Source: Herbaspirillum sp.
GTDB lineage: Bacteria > Pseudomonadota > Gammaproteobacteria > Burkholderiales > Burkholderiaceae_D
NCBI GenBank assembly: GCA_036499085.1
Contig: DASYEK010000116.1
Location: 273 to 64,272 of the forward strand
Reading direction: 5' to 3'
Length of the DNA: 64,000 bases
Every line of letters begins with the position of its first letter. The stretch's first letter is position 1. The notes under the pieces were generated by a model. That model was not told where the DNA came from and made no database searches. It was given only the letters and a program-made list of their open reading frames with translations. A program made the translations under genes and the position numbers. Shown one piece after another: positions 51,379 to 61,345 of the stretch.

Positions 51379-52149
51379 TCAAGTTTCCGAAGCCAGGTAC
51401 CGGCTGGCCCAGGTCGATATCATCGCCGCGGCATAGTCCGCGTCGGCACGCCGCGTCAACAGGTGGTCGGCATCGTCCAGGGAAATGAAGCTCTTCGGAT
51501 GTTTCGCCACTGCAAAGATGCGCGCGGCATTCTCGATATCCACTGTCGCATCCAACGGCGCATGCAAGACCAGCAATGGAATTCGCAACCGCGCGATCCG
51601 CGACGCCAGGTCATGACGCGCCAGGTCCTCGATGAAACTCTTGCGCACCACGAACGGCCTGCCGGCCAGCGTTACCTCCGCTTGCCCCTGTGTCTCGATG
51701 GTTTGAAGGCTTTGCGGGCCAAACTGATGCAGGACATGGCTGACATCGAAAGGCGCGCCCAGCGTAGCCACGGCGCGAATGCCCGGCATCTCGCCTGCGG
51801 CCATCAAGACCGCCGCGCCCCCCAGGCTATGGCCGACGAGAATGGATGGCGGCTTGCCTTCCGCGGCCATCGCGTTGCCGGCCGCGACCAGATCGCTTAC
51901 GTCCGCGGCGAAAGTCGTGTCGGCGAAGCTTCCACCGCTATTGCCCAGTCCGGCAAAGTCGAAGCGCAACACGCCGATGCCGCGGGCAGCCAGGGCGCGC
52001 GCCAGGCGAGTGGACGCCAGGTTGTCCTTGCCGCATGTGAAGCAGTGGGCAAGTATGGCCCAACCCCGCGGCTGCGCATCCGGCAGTTCCAGTCGGCCGG
52101 CAAGCCGGTAGCCATGCGGTCCGTCAAATTCAAAGGTTTGTGCCGTCAT
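51379..52149 (-). CDS. Alpha/beta hydrolase (N-domain of the hydrolase-OsmC fusion type, without OsmC)
   Basis: AHCFTCGKD, LRFDFAGLGNS, GHSLGG nucleophile elbow, LHAPLD, LDDADHLL. Confidence 0.85.
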   Translation of the reverse strand: MTAQTFEFDGPHGYRLAGRLELPDAQPRGWAILAHCFTCGKDNLASTRLARALAARGIGVLRFDFAGLGNSGGSFADTTFAADVSDLVAAGNAMAAEGKPPSILVGHSLGGAAVLMAAGEMPGIRAVATLGAPFDVSHVLHQFGPQSLQTIETQGQAEVTLAGRPFVVRKSFIEDLARHDLASRIARLRIPLLVLHAPLDATVDIENAARIFAVAKHPKSFISLDDADHLLTRRADADYAAAMISTWASRYLASET

Positions 52150-52255
52150 AAGTCGCTTTCCCTGGTATCGGCGCACATATATCGATGCGTTCCGCGGGCG
52201 AATTCCGAATAGGTGATCCGGGCTCGCTCGCAGGACGATTTATCGGTTTGCCGGC

Positions 52256-52795
52256 TTAATCGACGGCTGGAAAATCGACGTCGGTGCCGTTGATACGGTT
52301 GAAGGTATTGGTGAACAGGCCAAGCGCCATGGTCAGCGAGATCTCGGCCAATTGGGTATCGGTATAGCCGGCCGCGCGGATGGCATCGAATTCGTCCTGG
52401 CTGATCGTGCCGCTGGTGGCGTGGAGGTGGGACACGAAACGCACCAGGGCATCGCGCTTGGCGTCGCCCGTGGGCTGCCCGGCGCGAATGGCGCGCAAGG
52501 CATCGGCGGACAGGCCGGTCATCTTGCCGACAAAGCTGTGGGCGGCCACGCAAACGTCGCAACCCGTCTTCGCGCTGAGCAACAGCTTGATGGTTTCGAG
52601 TTCCTGGTGGCTCAGGCCGCCAGAGTTCAATACGCGCTGGGTATTGAGCACCGCGGCCAGGGATGCCGGAACGAGATGACCCAATGCTGCATATGTGTTC
52701 GGGACGCGGCCGCCGGCTATCTTCTTGACCTGTGCGTAAATATCGGCGGTGGCGCCGGTGGCGGACTCGACGTCGGGGATGGCGATGCGGCTCAT
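52256..52795 (-). CDS. Carboxymuconolactone decarboxylase / AhpD-like peroxidase
   Basis: GRVPNTY, ETIKL, GCDVCVAAH CxxC-H motif, FTNTFN. Confidence 0.88.
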   Translation of the reverse strand: MSRIAIPDVESATGATADIYAQVKKIAGGRVPNTYAALGHLVPASLAAVLNTQRVLNSGGLSHQELETIKLLLSAKTGCDVCVAAHSFVGKMTGLSADALRAIRAGQPTGDAKRDALVRFVSHLHATSGTISQDEFDAIRAAGYTDTQLAEISLTMALGLFTNTFNRINGTDVDFPAVD

Positions 52796-52832
52796 GGTAT
52801 GCCTCTTTCATCAGGGGGGATTGGGAACCTAC

Positions 52833-52895
52833 ACTTTAGGCGTACTCGATATCGATTTCGAGACTGTATGAGATCAATAAAATGCTGAAAAGGAT
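52833..52895 (-). promoter_or_regulatory. Predicted promoter of the AhpD-like gene, with inverted AraC-type half sites
   Basis: Minus strand ATCCT-N16-ATCTC-N5-GTCTC-N21-TAAAGT. Confidence 0.4.
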
Positions 52896-53002
52896 CAAAA
52901 CAACCGGGCAATCCTTTACCCGAATGCGCGCGCTTCAATACGATGCCAGCCGTCTTGTCGGGATCGGGATTCAGGTGCCGGCCGTGTAGATGCGCGCCTC
53001 AT

Positions 53003-53986
53003 CTACGCTTCACACCGAATGCGAAGCGTATTGCCCGGTTTCAGCCCTCGGCGGCGCCATTGCCCCGGCGTCATCCCCATCTTGTCGGTGAATACGCGCC
53101 GGAATGCAGCCACGGATCGATACCCGACCGCATCGGTCACGGCCTCGGTAGTCATGCCCGGCTTCTGCAGCTCGCTGGCGGCCAGGCTCATTCGAATATC
53201 GGCCAGCATCTCGATGGCCGACCGGCCGAACTTGTCCTGAAATTGCCGCATGAATGTGGCTCGCGACATGCTGCACAATCGAGCCAGGTCAGGCAGGTTC
53301 CAAGGCCGCGCCGGCTCGGCGAGCATGGCTGAAATGGCCGGGGCCAGTCGTGGATGGCCTGCCAGCGCCAATAAGCCCGCCGGGGCCTGTTCGGACTCGC
53401 TCGCCGCGCGTAGCGTCAGTGTGAACAGCGCCGACGTGAGCGCGTTGAGGATCGCGAATCTGCCTGGTTTATCGCCGACCGATTCTGTGCACATCAGCCC
53501 CACCAGACCGGCCAGGTGATTCGAAGCAGGCCCGCTTCCTTCTTCACCCCGACCGCCCGTGGCGCGCACCGTCAAGGTCGTGGGAAGGTAATCGCGAATC
53601 AGTCGATCATGAGGCGGTCCGATAAAAAATCGCCCGCATAACATGTCCAGCCGTTCACCTTGTCCATCGTTTTCCTTGAGCGCCCATCCTGCAGAATTTT
53701 GCCGATTATAGGTATGCCCTGGCGCCTGACCGCTGCCATCGTTCAGGACGTGCGCCGACCCGTGAGGCAACAGCACGATATCTCCGCTCAGGAGTTCCGT
53801 GGCTGTGCCCGTCTCCGGATCCTCGATAACGGCCCGGCCCTTGAGGATGACGTGGTAGGGAATCTCGTGCGCGGCGGACTGATCCCAGGTCACGCGCCAT
53901 GGCGCACCGTAGATGCAGCGGACCTCCAACTGCCCGGTGATGGTGATCATTTGCAGGAGATGGCTCAACCAGTCGACTTGGGACAT
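53003..53986 (-). CDS. AraC regulator with cupin domain, RclR-like (AraC-3)
   Basis: MSQVDWLSHLL, EVRCIYGAPW and MLCGRF cysteines, LCSMSRATF, VGYRSVAAFRRVF. Confidence 0.9.
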   Translation of the reverse strand: MSQVDWLSHLLQMITITGQLEVRCIYGAPWRVTWDQSAAHEIPYHVILKGRAVIEDPETGTATELLSGDIVLLPHGSAHVLNDGSGQAPGHTYNRQNSAGWALKENDGQGERLDMLCGRFFIGPPHDRLIRDYLPTTLTVRATGGRGEEGSGPASNHLAGLVGLMCTESVGDKPGRFAILNALTSALFTLTLRAASESEQAPAGLLALAGHPRLAPAISAMLAEPARPWNLPDLARLCSMSRATFMRQFQDKFGRSAIEMLADIRMSLAASELQKPGMTTEAVTDAVGYRSVAAFRRVFTDKMGMTPGQWRRRGLKPGNTLRIRCEA

Positions 53987-54058
53987 AGGATTCCGTCAGA
54001 TCTCAGCACAAAAAAGAGCGGGAACCAATTGCGGCAATGCGCCGGCCGGCGGTCTCGG

Positions 54059-54910
54059 TCATTGCGATGCCCCTTTTGCGGCTGTTCGCATGGCCGATTC
54101 GCGTGCGCGCGCAATATCGTCGGCGATAGCGGCGCGGTGCGGATCTCCCTCGGGCAAGATGGCTGCCAAGCGTTCCCAGTAGGCGGACGCCTCGGCAAAA
54201 CGGCCTGCCTCGAACGCGGCCATGCCGGCCAGCTTCAGGCTGGTCGCCTCTTGTGGATCGCCAGCCAGGGCTTCGTCGGTCAGCGCCTTCAGCTTGGGCG
54301 TCCATTGCCGGCCACCCGCGAAATACAGGGCTTCCGCCCAGCGTCCCAGCAGTTGCGGCGGCCGGCCCGCCAAATTGGCGGCGCGCTCGAACGCCCGGGC
54401 CGCGTCGGCCATGCGTTCCTGCGCCGCGTAGGCGCGACCCAGCAATGACCAACCTTCGGCCGAGTCTGGTGTTGCCGCCAGTAATGCTTCCAGGCGCATG
54501 GCGACTTTCTCGACATTTTGCGCTTTGAGGCCGGCATCCTGTTGTTCCTGCATCAGTTGATCCGACGAACCCCAGTGCAGGTACAACACCAGCGCCAGCA
54601 GCGGCGTCGACAGCGCCGCGACCAGGGGAACAGTTCGCCCCAAGGGAGCGTCTGCCGGGTGCGGGGCGTCCTGCGCATCGTCCAGCAATACGCGGGCCGC
54701 CTCGTCCCGCCCGGCGTTGAACTGTTCCGCGTCAAGCGTGCCGGCGTCGCGCAGCGTTTCCAATTCGTTCAGACGTTCGCGGTAGACGTCGACGTTCAGG
54801 CTTGCACGGTCGGCGTTGAAACCCCTGCGAGGGCGGCGCAATTGGGGCAGCAGGATGAAAGCCGGAGCTGCTGCAAGAAGCAGCCCCGCGTACAACCAGA
54901 ACATGGTCAT
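54059..54910 (-). CDS. ccmI: Cytochrome c maturation protein CcmI/CycH (TPR)
   Basis: N-terminal TM, NVDVYRERLNEL, P..AEGWSLLGRAY TPR; ATGA overlap with ccmH. Confidence 0.85.
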   Translation of the reverse strand: MTMFWLYAGLLLAAAPAFILLPQLRRPRRGFNADRASLNVDVYRERLNELETLRDAGTLDAEQFNAGRDEAARVLLDDAQDAPHPADAPLGRTVPLVAALSTPLLALVLYLHWGSSDQLMQEQQDAGLKAQNVEKVAMRLEALLAATPDSAEGWSLLGRAYAAQERMADAARAFERAANLAGRPPQLLGRWAEALYFAGGRQWTPKLKALTDEALAGDPQEATSLKLAGMAAFEAGRFAEASAYWERLAAILPEGDPHRAAIADDIARARESAMRTAAKGASQ

Positions 54911-55395
54911 GTATCTGACTCCGTGGATGGGGCTGCGTCCTGCAGCAGACTGGCCAGGCGAAGCCGCTCGGCGTCGGACAATGGGCTTTCGGTTGCCGGA
55001 CGTGAGCGGCGCCGGTTCGCGACGATGGCCGCCAAGGCCGCGCCGCCGGCCAGCAACAGCAGGGCTGGGCCGAACCACAGCAGCATGGTGCGGGAGGATA
55101 GCGGCGGGTCGTAAAGGACGAAGTCGCCGTAGCGCGAGACCATGAAGTCGACGATCTGTTCGTCGCTTCGGCCTTCTACCACCATGCGCCGGACCTCGCC
55201 GCGTAAATCGTGGGCGATGGGCGAACTCGATTCCGCAATGTTCTGATTCTGGCACTTGGGACAGCGCAGTACCGAGGCCAGATCGTAATAGCGTTGACGC
55301 TGGGCGTCGTCAGGGAATTCGAGGACCTCGATGGCGGCATGGCTGGCGTTCAGCATGCCAAGGACAAGAACGAGCGCGGCGATCAGGCGTTTCAT
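54907..55395 (-). CDS. ccmH: Cytochrome c maturation protein CcmH
   Basis: LRCPKCQNQNIAES, FMVSRYGDFVLYDPP. Confidence 0.95.
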   Translation of the reverse strand: MKRLIAALVLVLGMLNASHAAIEVLEFPDDAQRQRYYDLASVLRCPKCQNQNIAESSSPIAHDLRGEVRRMVVEGRSDEQIVDFMVSRYGDFVLYDPPLSSRTMLLWFGPALLLLAGGAALAAIVANRRRSRPATESPLSDAERLRLASLLQDAAPSTESDT

Positions 55396-55931
55396 CGCGC
55401 GGCCTCGCGTAGCAGCTTGTCGTAGACCGGCGCCAGTTCTTCCCGCCAGACACGCTCGTCAATGATGCCGACGTACTTGTCGCGAATGACGCCTTTGCCA
55501 TCGATGAAGAAGGTCTCGGGGGCGCCGTACACGCCGAGGTCCAGGCCCAGTGTGCCGGCGGCGTCCTCGATGGTCAGCCGATATGGGTTGTGCAATGTGC
55601 GCAGCCAGTGCTGCGCGGCGTTGCGGTCGTCCTTGTAATCGACCCCGTAGATGACGACACCCTGGCCGGCCAGCCTGGTCAACACCGGGTGTTCCTCGCG
55701 GCAGGATGGGCACCATGTCGCCCAGACGTTGACCAGTGCAGGCCGGCCCTTCAAGTCGTCGCGAGTCAGCATGCGCGATGTTTCCTCGAGCGCCGGTAGC
55801 GCGAAGGCGGGAAACGGCTTGCCGATCAGCGCGGAGGGCAGCCGGGTGGGATCGAGGAACAGGCTGCGATATAGCACTACCGCGAGAAACAGGAACAATG
55901 CCGGCGGCAGCAGCAACAGCAATCGTTTCAT
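55392..55931 (-). CDS. ccmG: Thiol:disulfide interchange protein CcmG/DsbE
   Basis: LPSALIGKPFP, NVWATWCPSC, GVYGAPETF. Confidence 0.95.
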   Translation of the reverse strand: MKRLLLLLPPALFLFLAVVLYRSLFLDPTRLPSALIGKPFPAFALPALEETSRMLTRDDLKGRPALVNVWATWCPSCREEHPVLTRLAGQGVVIYGVDYKDDRNAAQHWLRTLHNPYRLTIEDAAGTLGLDLGVYGAPETFFIDGKGVIRDKYVGIIDERVWREELAPVYDKLLREAAR

Positions 55932-57898
55932 GGCCGCGCTCCGGCAATGCGCATGTCCGGAGCCGGCCGGGCCGCCCGGGGGCGATAGCGCCGATCGGAC
56001 GCCGCCAGCAAGCCGCCCAGGGCCATCATCAATGCGCCGAGCCAGATCCAGCGCACGAACGGTTTGATCTGCACCCGCACCGCCCAGGCGCCGTCGGCCA
56101 GCGGCTCTCCCAATGCCACGAACAGGTCGCGCGTGAAGCCGCCCTGAATGCCGGCCTCGGTGGTGGAAGTCTGCTGGACGCGATAGACGCGCTTTTCCGG
56201 GTGCAGCATGGCGACCTCGCGGCCATCGCGAATGACTCGTACACTGCCGCGATCGCTGGTGTAGTTAGGCCCCTGGCGCCGGGCTGTGCCTTCGAACACA
56301 AACCGATAGCTGCCCAGTTCCATGGCGGTGCCGGGCGCCATGCGCAGCTCCCGCTCCAGGCTGCCGGTGCTGGCCAGCACGACGCCCAAAGCGCACACGG
56401 CGAAGCCGAGGTGGCCCAGATGCATGCCCCAATAACTGCGCCCCAAGGCCGGCAGGCCCTTGCGCAGCCCTTGGTGGCGCGTCTTGTCGCGGATGTCGCG
56501 CAGGCCCGCCAGCACCATCCATGCGGCCAACAGGCAACCGGCCGCCACCGCCCAACGCGACCGCTCGTGCAGGGTAGCTGCGGCCAGCGCGACCAGCAGG
56601 CTGGTCGCCAGCACCGGTGCGAGCATGCGCGCCAGCCAGCGTGCCGGCGTGTCTTTCCAGCGCGTGAGCATGCCGACGGCAGCCGTCGTCATCAGCAGCG
56701 CCATCAGCGGCACGAACATGGCATTGAAATAAGGCGGGCCGACCGACAGCTTGGCGCCGGTCAGTGCATCGAGAATCAAGGGGTAGAGCGTGCCCAGCAG
56801 GATCATGGCCGCGGCCACCGACAACAGTAGATTGTTCACCAGCAGCAGCGTTTCGCGCGACCAGATCCCGAAGCCGGCCCGGCTCTTGACCACCGGCGCG
56901 CGCAGCGCGAATAGCGCAAGCGAGCCGCCGACCACTACCAGCAGGAACGCCAGCACAAACACGCCGCGCGTCGGATCGGTGGCGAAGGCGTGTACGGAGG
57001 TCAGCACGCCCGAGCGAACCAGGAAAGTGCCCAGCAAGCTGAGCGAGAACGCGGCGATGGCAAGCAGCACGGTCCAGCTCTTGAACACACCGCGTTTTTC
57101 GGTTGCGGCCAGGGAGTGGATCAACGCCGCCCCCACCAGCCAGGGCATGAACGATGCGTTTTCGACGGGATCCCAGAACCACCAACTGCCCCATCCCAGC
57201 TCGGAATAGGCCCACCACGACCCAAGGGCGATGCCCAGGCCGAGAAAGGCCCATGCCACGGTTGTCCAGGGGCGCGACCAGCGTGCCCAGGCAGCGTCGA
57301 GCTTGCCGTCCAGCAGGGCCGCGATGGCGAAGGCGAATGCCACCGAGAAGCCGACGTAGCCCATGTAAAGTATGGGCGGATGGACGATCAGGCCGATGTC
57401 CTGCAGCAAGGGATTGAGGTCGCGGCCATCGGCGGGGACGTTGGACAGCAAGCGGGCGAAAGGATTGGAGGTGCCGATCAGGAACAGCAGGAAACCCGTG
57501 CTGATCATGCCCATCACGGCGAGAACCCGGGCCAGCATCGCCTCCGGCAACTGGCGGGCGCCGAGCGAGACCGCGAATGTCCAGCCGGACAGTATCAACA
57601 CCCACAGCAGCAGCGAGCCTTCGTGCGAGCCCCAGACTGCGCTGAACTTGTAGTACCAGGGCAGCGCGCTGTTGGAGTTTTGCGCGACATAGGCGACCGA
57701 AAAATCATCCGTCAGGAAAGCATGGGTCAGGCACGCGAATGAAAACATCAGGAATGCAAATTGCCCCCAGGCGGCCGGCCTCGCCAACGCCATCCAGCGC
57801 CGGTCGCCGCGCCAGGCGCCGGCCAGCGGGATGCTCGCTTGCACCAGGGCGAGGCATAGCGCCAGGATCAGGGCCAGGAGTCCGAGTTCGGGGATCAT
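55928..57898 (-). CDS. ccmF: Heme lyase CcmF
   Basis: [53 protein letters not shown]. Confidence 0.97.
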   Translation of the reverse strand: MIPELGLLALILALCLALVQASIPLAGAWRGDRRWMALARPAAWGQFAFLMFSFACLTHAFLTDDFSVAYVAQNSNSALPWYYKFSAVWGSHEGSLLLWVLILSGWTFAVSLGARQLPEAMLARVLAVMGMISTGFLLFLIGTSNPFARLLSNVPADGRDLNPLLQDIGLIVHPPILYMGYVGFSVAFAFAIAALLDGKLDAAWARWSRPWTTVAWAFLGLGIALGSWWAYSELGWGSWWFWDPVENASFMPWLVGAALIHSLAATEKRGVFKSWTVLLAIAAFSLSLLGTFLVRSGVLTSVHAFATDPTRGVFVLAFLLVVVGGSLALFALRAPVVKSRAGFGIWSRETLLLVNNLLLSVAAAMILLGTLYPLILDALTGAKLSVGPPYFNAMFVPLMALLMTTAAVGMLTRWKDTPARWLARMLAPVLATSLLVALAAATLHERSRWAVAAGCLLAAWMVLAGLRDIRDKTRHQGLRKGLPALGRSYWGMHLGHLGFAVCALGVVLASTGSLERELRMAPGTAMELGSYRFVFEGTARRQGPNYTSDRGSVRVIRDGREVAMLHPEKRVYRVQQTSTTEAGIQGGFTRDLFVALGEPLADGAWAVRVQIKPFVRWIWLGALMMALGGLLAASDRRYRPRAARPAPDMRIAGARP

Positions 57899-58362
57899 CG
57901 AGCGGGCTCCTGTTTGACGGGCGGGAAATGGCCGGCCGCACCGGCTTGCTTCAGTGCATGCATGGCTTCGGGCGGCATGTAGTTTTCGTCGTGCTTGGCC
58001 AGGATTTCGTCGGCCTGCAGGCTGCCGTCGTCGTCGAGCCTGCCCGAGGCGACAATGCCCTGGCCCTCGCGAAACAGGTCCGGCAGGATGCCCTGGTAGC
58101 GCACGACGATGCTGCGGGCGCCGTCGGTGACGTTGAATCGCAGCATCAGCGAGTCTTGCGTGCGCTTGAGCGATCCGGACTCGACCATACCGCCGGCGCG
58201 GATGCGGGTGCCGTGCGGCGCTTCGCCGGCGGCGATCTGGCTTGGGGTGTAGAACAGGTTAATGTTTTCTTGCAGCGCGGCCAATGCCAGCGCCGAAGCA
58301 GCGCCGGCGCCGAATACCAGGGCCAGTATCCAGTACAGGCGCTTCTTGCGGGCGGGGGTCAT
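57895..58362 (-). CDS. ccmE: Heme chaperone CcmE
   Basis: [33 protein letters not shown] (heme-binding His/Tyr). Confidence 0.96.
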   Translation of the reverse strand: MTPARKKRLYWILALVFGAGAASALALAALQENINLFYTPSQIAAGEAPHGTRIRAGGMVESGSLKRTQDSLMLRFNVTDGARSIVVRYQGILPDLFREGQGIVASGRLDDDGSLQADEILAKHDENYMPPEAMHALKQAGAAGHFPPVKQEPAR

Positions 58363-58538
58363 GGCGATGCCTCCCGGCGCCGGCGGCGTATCCGGTCGTT
58401 CAAGTAGCGGCGGCGCGCCAGCAGGGGTAACGCGATATTCAAGGCCATCACTACCAGGCACAAGCCATATGCGCTCCACACGTAGGCGCCATGGCCGCCC
58501 ATGGCGAGAAAATCGGCGAACGAGGCAAAGGCAATCAT
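58359..58538 (-). CDS. ccmD: Heme exporter protein CcmD
   Basis: [16 protein letters not shown] plus TM and basic tail; overlaps ccmC and ccmE by 4 nt. Confidence 0.88.
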   Translation of the reverse strand: MIAFASFADFLAMGGHGAYVWSAYGLCLVVMALNIALPLLARRRYLNDRIRRRRREASP

Positions 58539-59290
58539 GTCCGGTCCCTGAGCAGTCGAGCGATCTCGGCGTCGGCCCAGCGGCTGCCGGCCTCGCGGCG
58601 CAGCACTTCCAGGCGCATGCGCGCGAACAATACCGCCCCAAAGAAGCAATAGAAGCCCAGTACCGCCAGCAGCAACGGCAGCCACATCTGCGCCGGCATG
58701 GCGGGTTTGTGCGCGAGCGAAAAGCTGGCGGGCTGATGCAGGGTGTTCCACCATTCGACCGAATACTTGATGATGGGGATGTTGATGACGCCGATCACGG
58801 CCAGCAACGCGCAGCCGCGCGCCGCGCTGTCGCGGTTGATGATTGCCTGGCCCAATGCGATCACGCCCAGATACAGGAACAGCAGGATGAGCATGGAGGT
58901 CAGGCGCGCATCCCATACCCAATAGGCGCCCCAGGTGGGCTTGCCCCAGATCGAGCCGGAGGTCAGCGCGATGACCGTCATCCAGGCGCCGATCGGCGCG
59001 GCCTGCTTCAGGGCGATGTCGGCCAGCTTCATTTTCCAGATCAGGGAAATCATGCCGGCAGCAGCGAGCATGACGTAAATGGATTGCGCCAGCAGCGCCG
59101 CGGGCACGTGGATATAGATGATGCGGAAGCTGTCGCCCTGCTGGTAGTCCGGCGGCGCGAATGCCAGGCCCCATGCCAGGCCGACTGCAAGCAGCAGCGC
59201 GCTGGCGGCGGCCAGCCAGGGCAGGCACTTGCCGCTCATGTCGTGGAACCATTTGGGCGAACCCCATTTATGTAACCAGATCCAGTTCAT
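58535..59290 (-). CDS. ccmC: Heme exporter protein CcmC
   Basis: [26 protein letters not shown] domain, WWNTLHQ. Confidence 0.96.
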   Translation of the reverse strand: MNWIWLHKWGSPKWFHDMSGKCLPWLAAASALLLAVGLAWGLAFAPPDYQQGDSFRIIYIHVPAALLAQSIYVMLAAAGMISLIWKMKLADIALKQAAPIGAWMTVIALTSGSIWGKPTWGAYWVWDARLTSMLILLFLYLGVIALGQAIINRDSAARGCALLAVIGVINIPIIKYSVEWWNTLHQPASFSLAHKPAMPAQMWLPLLLAVLGFYCFFGAVLFARMRLEVLRREAGSRWADAEIARLLRDRT

Positions 59291-59336
59291 TCAAGTCGCT
59301 CGCAAGGGTTAGTCGGGCCTGCGCCGTGGATGCGTG

Positions 59337-60008
59337 TCATTCGGCGACGCTGATGGACAGCCCCGCGGCAACGGCAAACGGCGTCAGGGTGATTGCCAGC
59401 ACGGCGAGGCAGGCCAGCCACAGCAGATGCCCCGCGACCGGCAGATTCTGCAAGGCGGCCTGCAGGGCGCCGCTGCCCAGGATCAGCACCGGGATATACA
59501 GCGGCAGAACCAGCAAGGCCAGTAATAGGCCGCCGCGCCGCAAACCGACCGTGAGTGCCGCGCCGACGGCCCCCAGCAGGCTGAGCACCGGCGTGCCCAG
59601 CAGCAGCGACAGCAACAATGTCGGGAGGCAATGCGCCGGCAGGCCAAGCATCAGGGCCAGGAACGGGGCCAGCACAACCAGCCCAAGGCCGCTGCAAAGC
59701 CAGTATGCCGCTACCTTGGCCAATGCCAGCACCGTCAGCGAGTGCGACGAAAGCACCCATTGTTCCAGCGAGCCGTCCTCGAAATCGGTACGGAACAGGC
59801 CATCCAGCGAGAGCAACACGGCCAACAGCGCCGCGACCCATAGCAAGCCGGGGGCGACATTTTGCAGAATCAGCGATTGCGGTCCCAGCGCCAGCGGAAA
59901 CAGCGCGACGACTACGGAGAAGAACACCAAGGGATTGGCAAGGTCTGCGGGACGACGGCATAACAGGCGTAGCTCTTTATTGAACAGGGAGACAAAGGTC
60001 ATGCTCAC
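59337..60008 (-). CDS. ccmB: Heme exporter protein CcmB
   Basis: [32 protein letters not shown]; GTG start. Confidence 0.95.
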   Translation of the reverse strand: MSMTFVSLFNKELRLLCRRPADLANPLVFFSVVVALFPLALGPQSLILQNVAPGLLWVAALLAVLLSLDGLFRTDFEDGSLEQWVLSSHSLTVLALAKVAAYWLCSGLGLVVLAPFLALMLGLPAHCLPTLLLSLLLGTPVLSLLGAVGAALTVGLRRGGLLLALLVLPLYIPVLILGSGALQAALQNLPVAGHLLWLACLAVLAITLTPFAVAAGLSISVAE

Positions 60009-60694
60009 GGGGCGTACTGTCCCAGATCAAGGTCGGCGTAGGTTTGCGCTCGCCGGGTCAGCTCATGATGCGTGGTCAGCGCCACCGTGCCGCCGCGCTC
60101 GCAATGCATTGCCAGGTGCGATTCCAGTTGCGCTATGCCGGCAGCGTCCAGTGCCGTGAACGGCTCATCCAGCAACCACAGCGCGGGCGCATCGGGCAGG
60201 TACAGGCGTGCCAGCGCGATGCGGCGCTGCTGCCCGGCCGACAGCGCATGGCATGGCGTATCCTCGAAGCCGCGCAAGCCGACCGCGGCCAGGGCCTGCC
60301 CGATTTCGGCGGTTGCGCCGCGCCCGTGCAAGGCTCCCAGCCAGGCCAGGTTTTCCGTGGCGGTCAACAGCGCCTTGACGCCGGCGGCATGGCCTATCCA
60401 CAGCAGCCGGGAAGCCAGGGCGCCGCGCTGCGAGGCGAGATCCCGGCCGAACAAGCTGACATGGCCGGCGGCCGGGCGGGCCAGCCCGCACAGCAGGCGC
60501 AGCAGGCTGCTTTTGCCGCTGCCATTGGGGCCGCGGATGCGCAACATGGTGCCGGCATGCAGCCGAAAGCTCACGCTCGCGAATAGCTGGCGTTGGTCGC
60601 GTTCGCAGCCGAGAGCGACTGCGTCGAGCACGGGACCGGCGGCGTCCGCGCCGGCATCCTGGAAGCCGCGAAATCTGTGCATGGCGTACCGCAT
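60005..60694 (-). CDS. ccmA: Heme ABC exporter ATPase CcmA
   Basis: [36 protein letters not shown]; start codon uncertain. Confidence 0.95.
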   Translation of the reverse strand: MRYAMHRFRGFQDAGADAAGPVLDAVALGCERDQRQLFASVSFRLHAGTMLRIRGPNGSGKSSLLRLLCGLARPAAGHVSLFGRDLASQRGALASRLLWIGHAAGVKALLTATENLAWLGALHGRGATAEIGQALAAVGLRGFEDTPCHALSAGQQRRIALARLYLPDAPALWLLDEPFTALDAAGIAQLESHLAMHCERGGTVALTTHHELTRRAQTYADLDLGQYAP

Positions 60695-60719
60695 CTACAG
60701 CCTGGCGTCCATGCCGCGC

Positions 60720-61298
60720 TTATCGCTTCAGGATCGGATAGCCGTCGGTGTAAATCCAGTCCGATGCTTGCGCCGGCACGTGGCAGGACTGACAGTCCTT
60801 CTTGAAGTCCGTGGACGTTGTCTTTTTGGAGTCGGTCGCGTCGAACCAGGACCAACCCCAACCGTCGCCCCAAAGCTTGTTCTTTGGAAAGCGGCCGACG
60901 TCATCCTTCACCATGACAAACCAGCCGGCGAGAGTGTCGGCACTGCTTACGGTTCCGGTGGTCATGGGTTTGGTAGCGGCCTTGAACACTTCCTTCACCA
61001 GAACGGTGCCATCGGGAAAGTGCCCGGTCTTGCGGTATGCGGCGATCGTTCCGGGAGATGCGTAGACAACGTGCATCTGTTTTGAGCCCGGGCCTTTGTC
61101 ATCTGCCACGGCCCAGGTTCCCAGCATCTGATAAGTGGTCCGATAGTCCGCGGGAACGCGCATATTTCCCTGGTTGTCGACCGCGGCCGCGGTCTTTGGG
61201 CCGAACTGCGAGCGTGTGTTCGTCTGCCCGAAGGCAGCGACGTGGACCATCATGGATAATCCTACCAGGGCGACGCCCAAGGCACTTATGATTCTCAT
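60720..61298 (-). CDS. Cytochrome P460 family protein B (divergent)
   Basis: Signal peptide, P.DYR..Y, HVVY, GHFPDGTVLVKE, VMVKD, GWGW, C-terminal CQSCH, DWIY. Confidence 0.85.
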   Translation of the reverse strand: MRIISALGVALVGLSMMVHVAAFGQTNTRSQFGPKTAAAVDNQGNMRVPADYRTTYQMLGTWAVADDKGPGSKQMHVVYASPGTIAAYRKTGHFPDGTVLVKEVFKAATKPMTTGTVSSADTLAGWFVMVKDDVGRFPKNKLWGDGWGWSWFDATDSKKTTSTDFKKDCQSCHVPAQASDWIYTDGYPILKR

Positions 61299-61345
61299 GG
61301 CACTGTTTCCTTGTGTTGGTGAATCGGCGGCATTCATCGACGATT

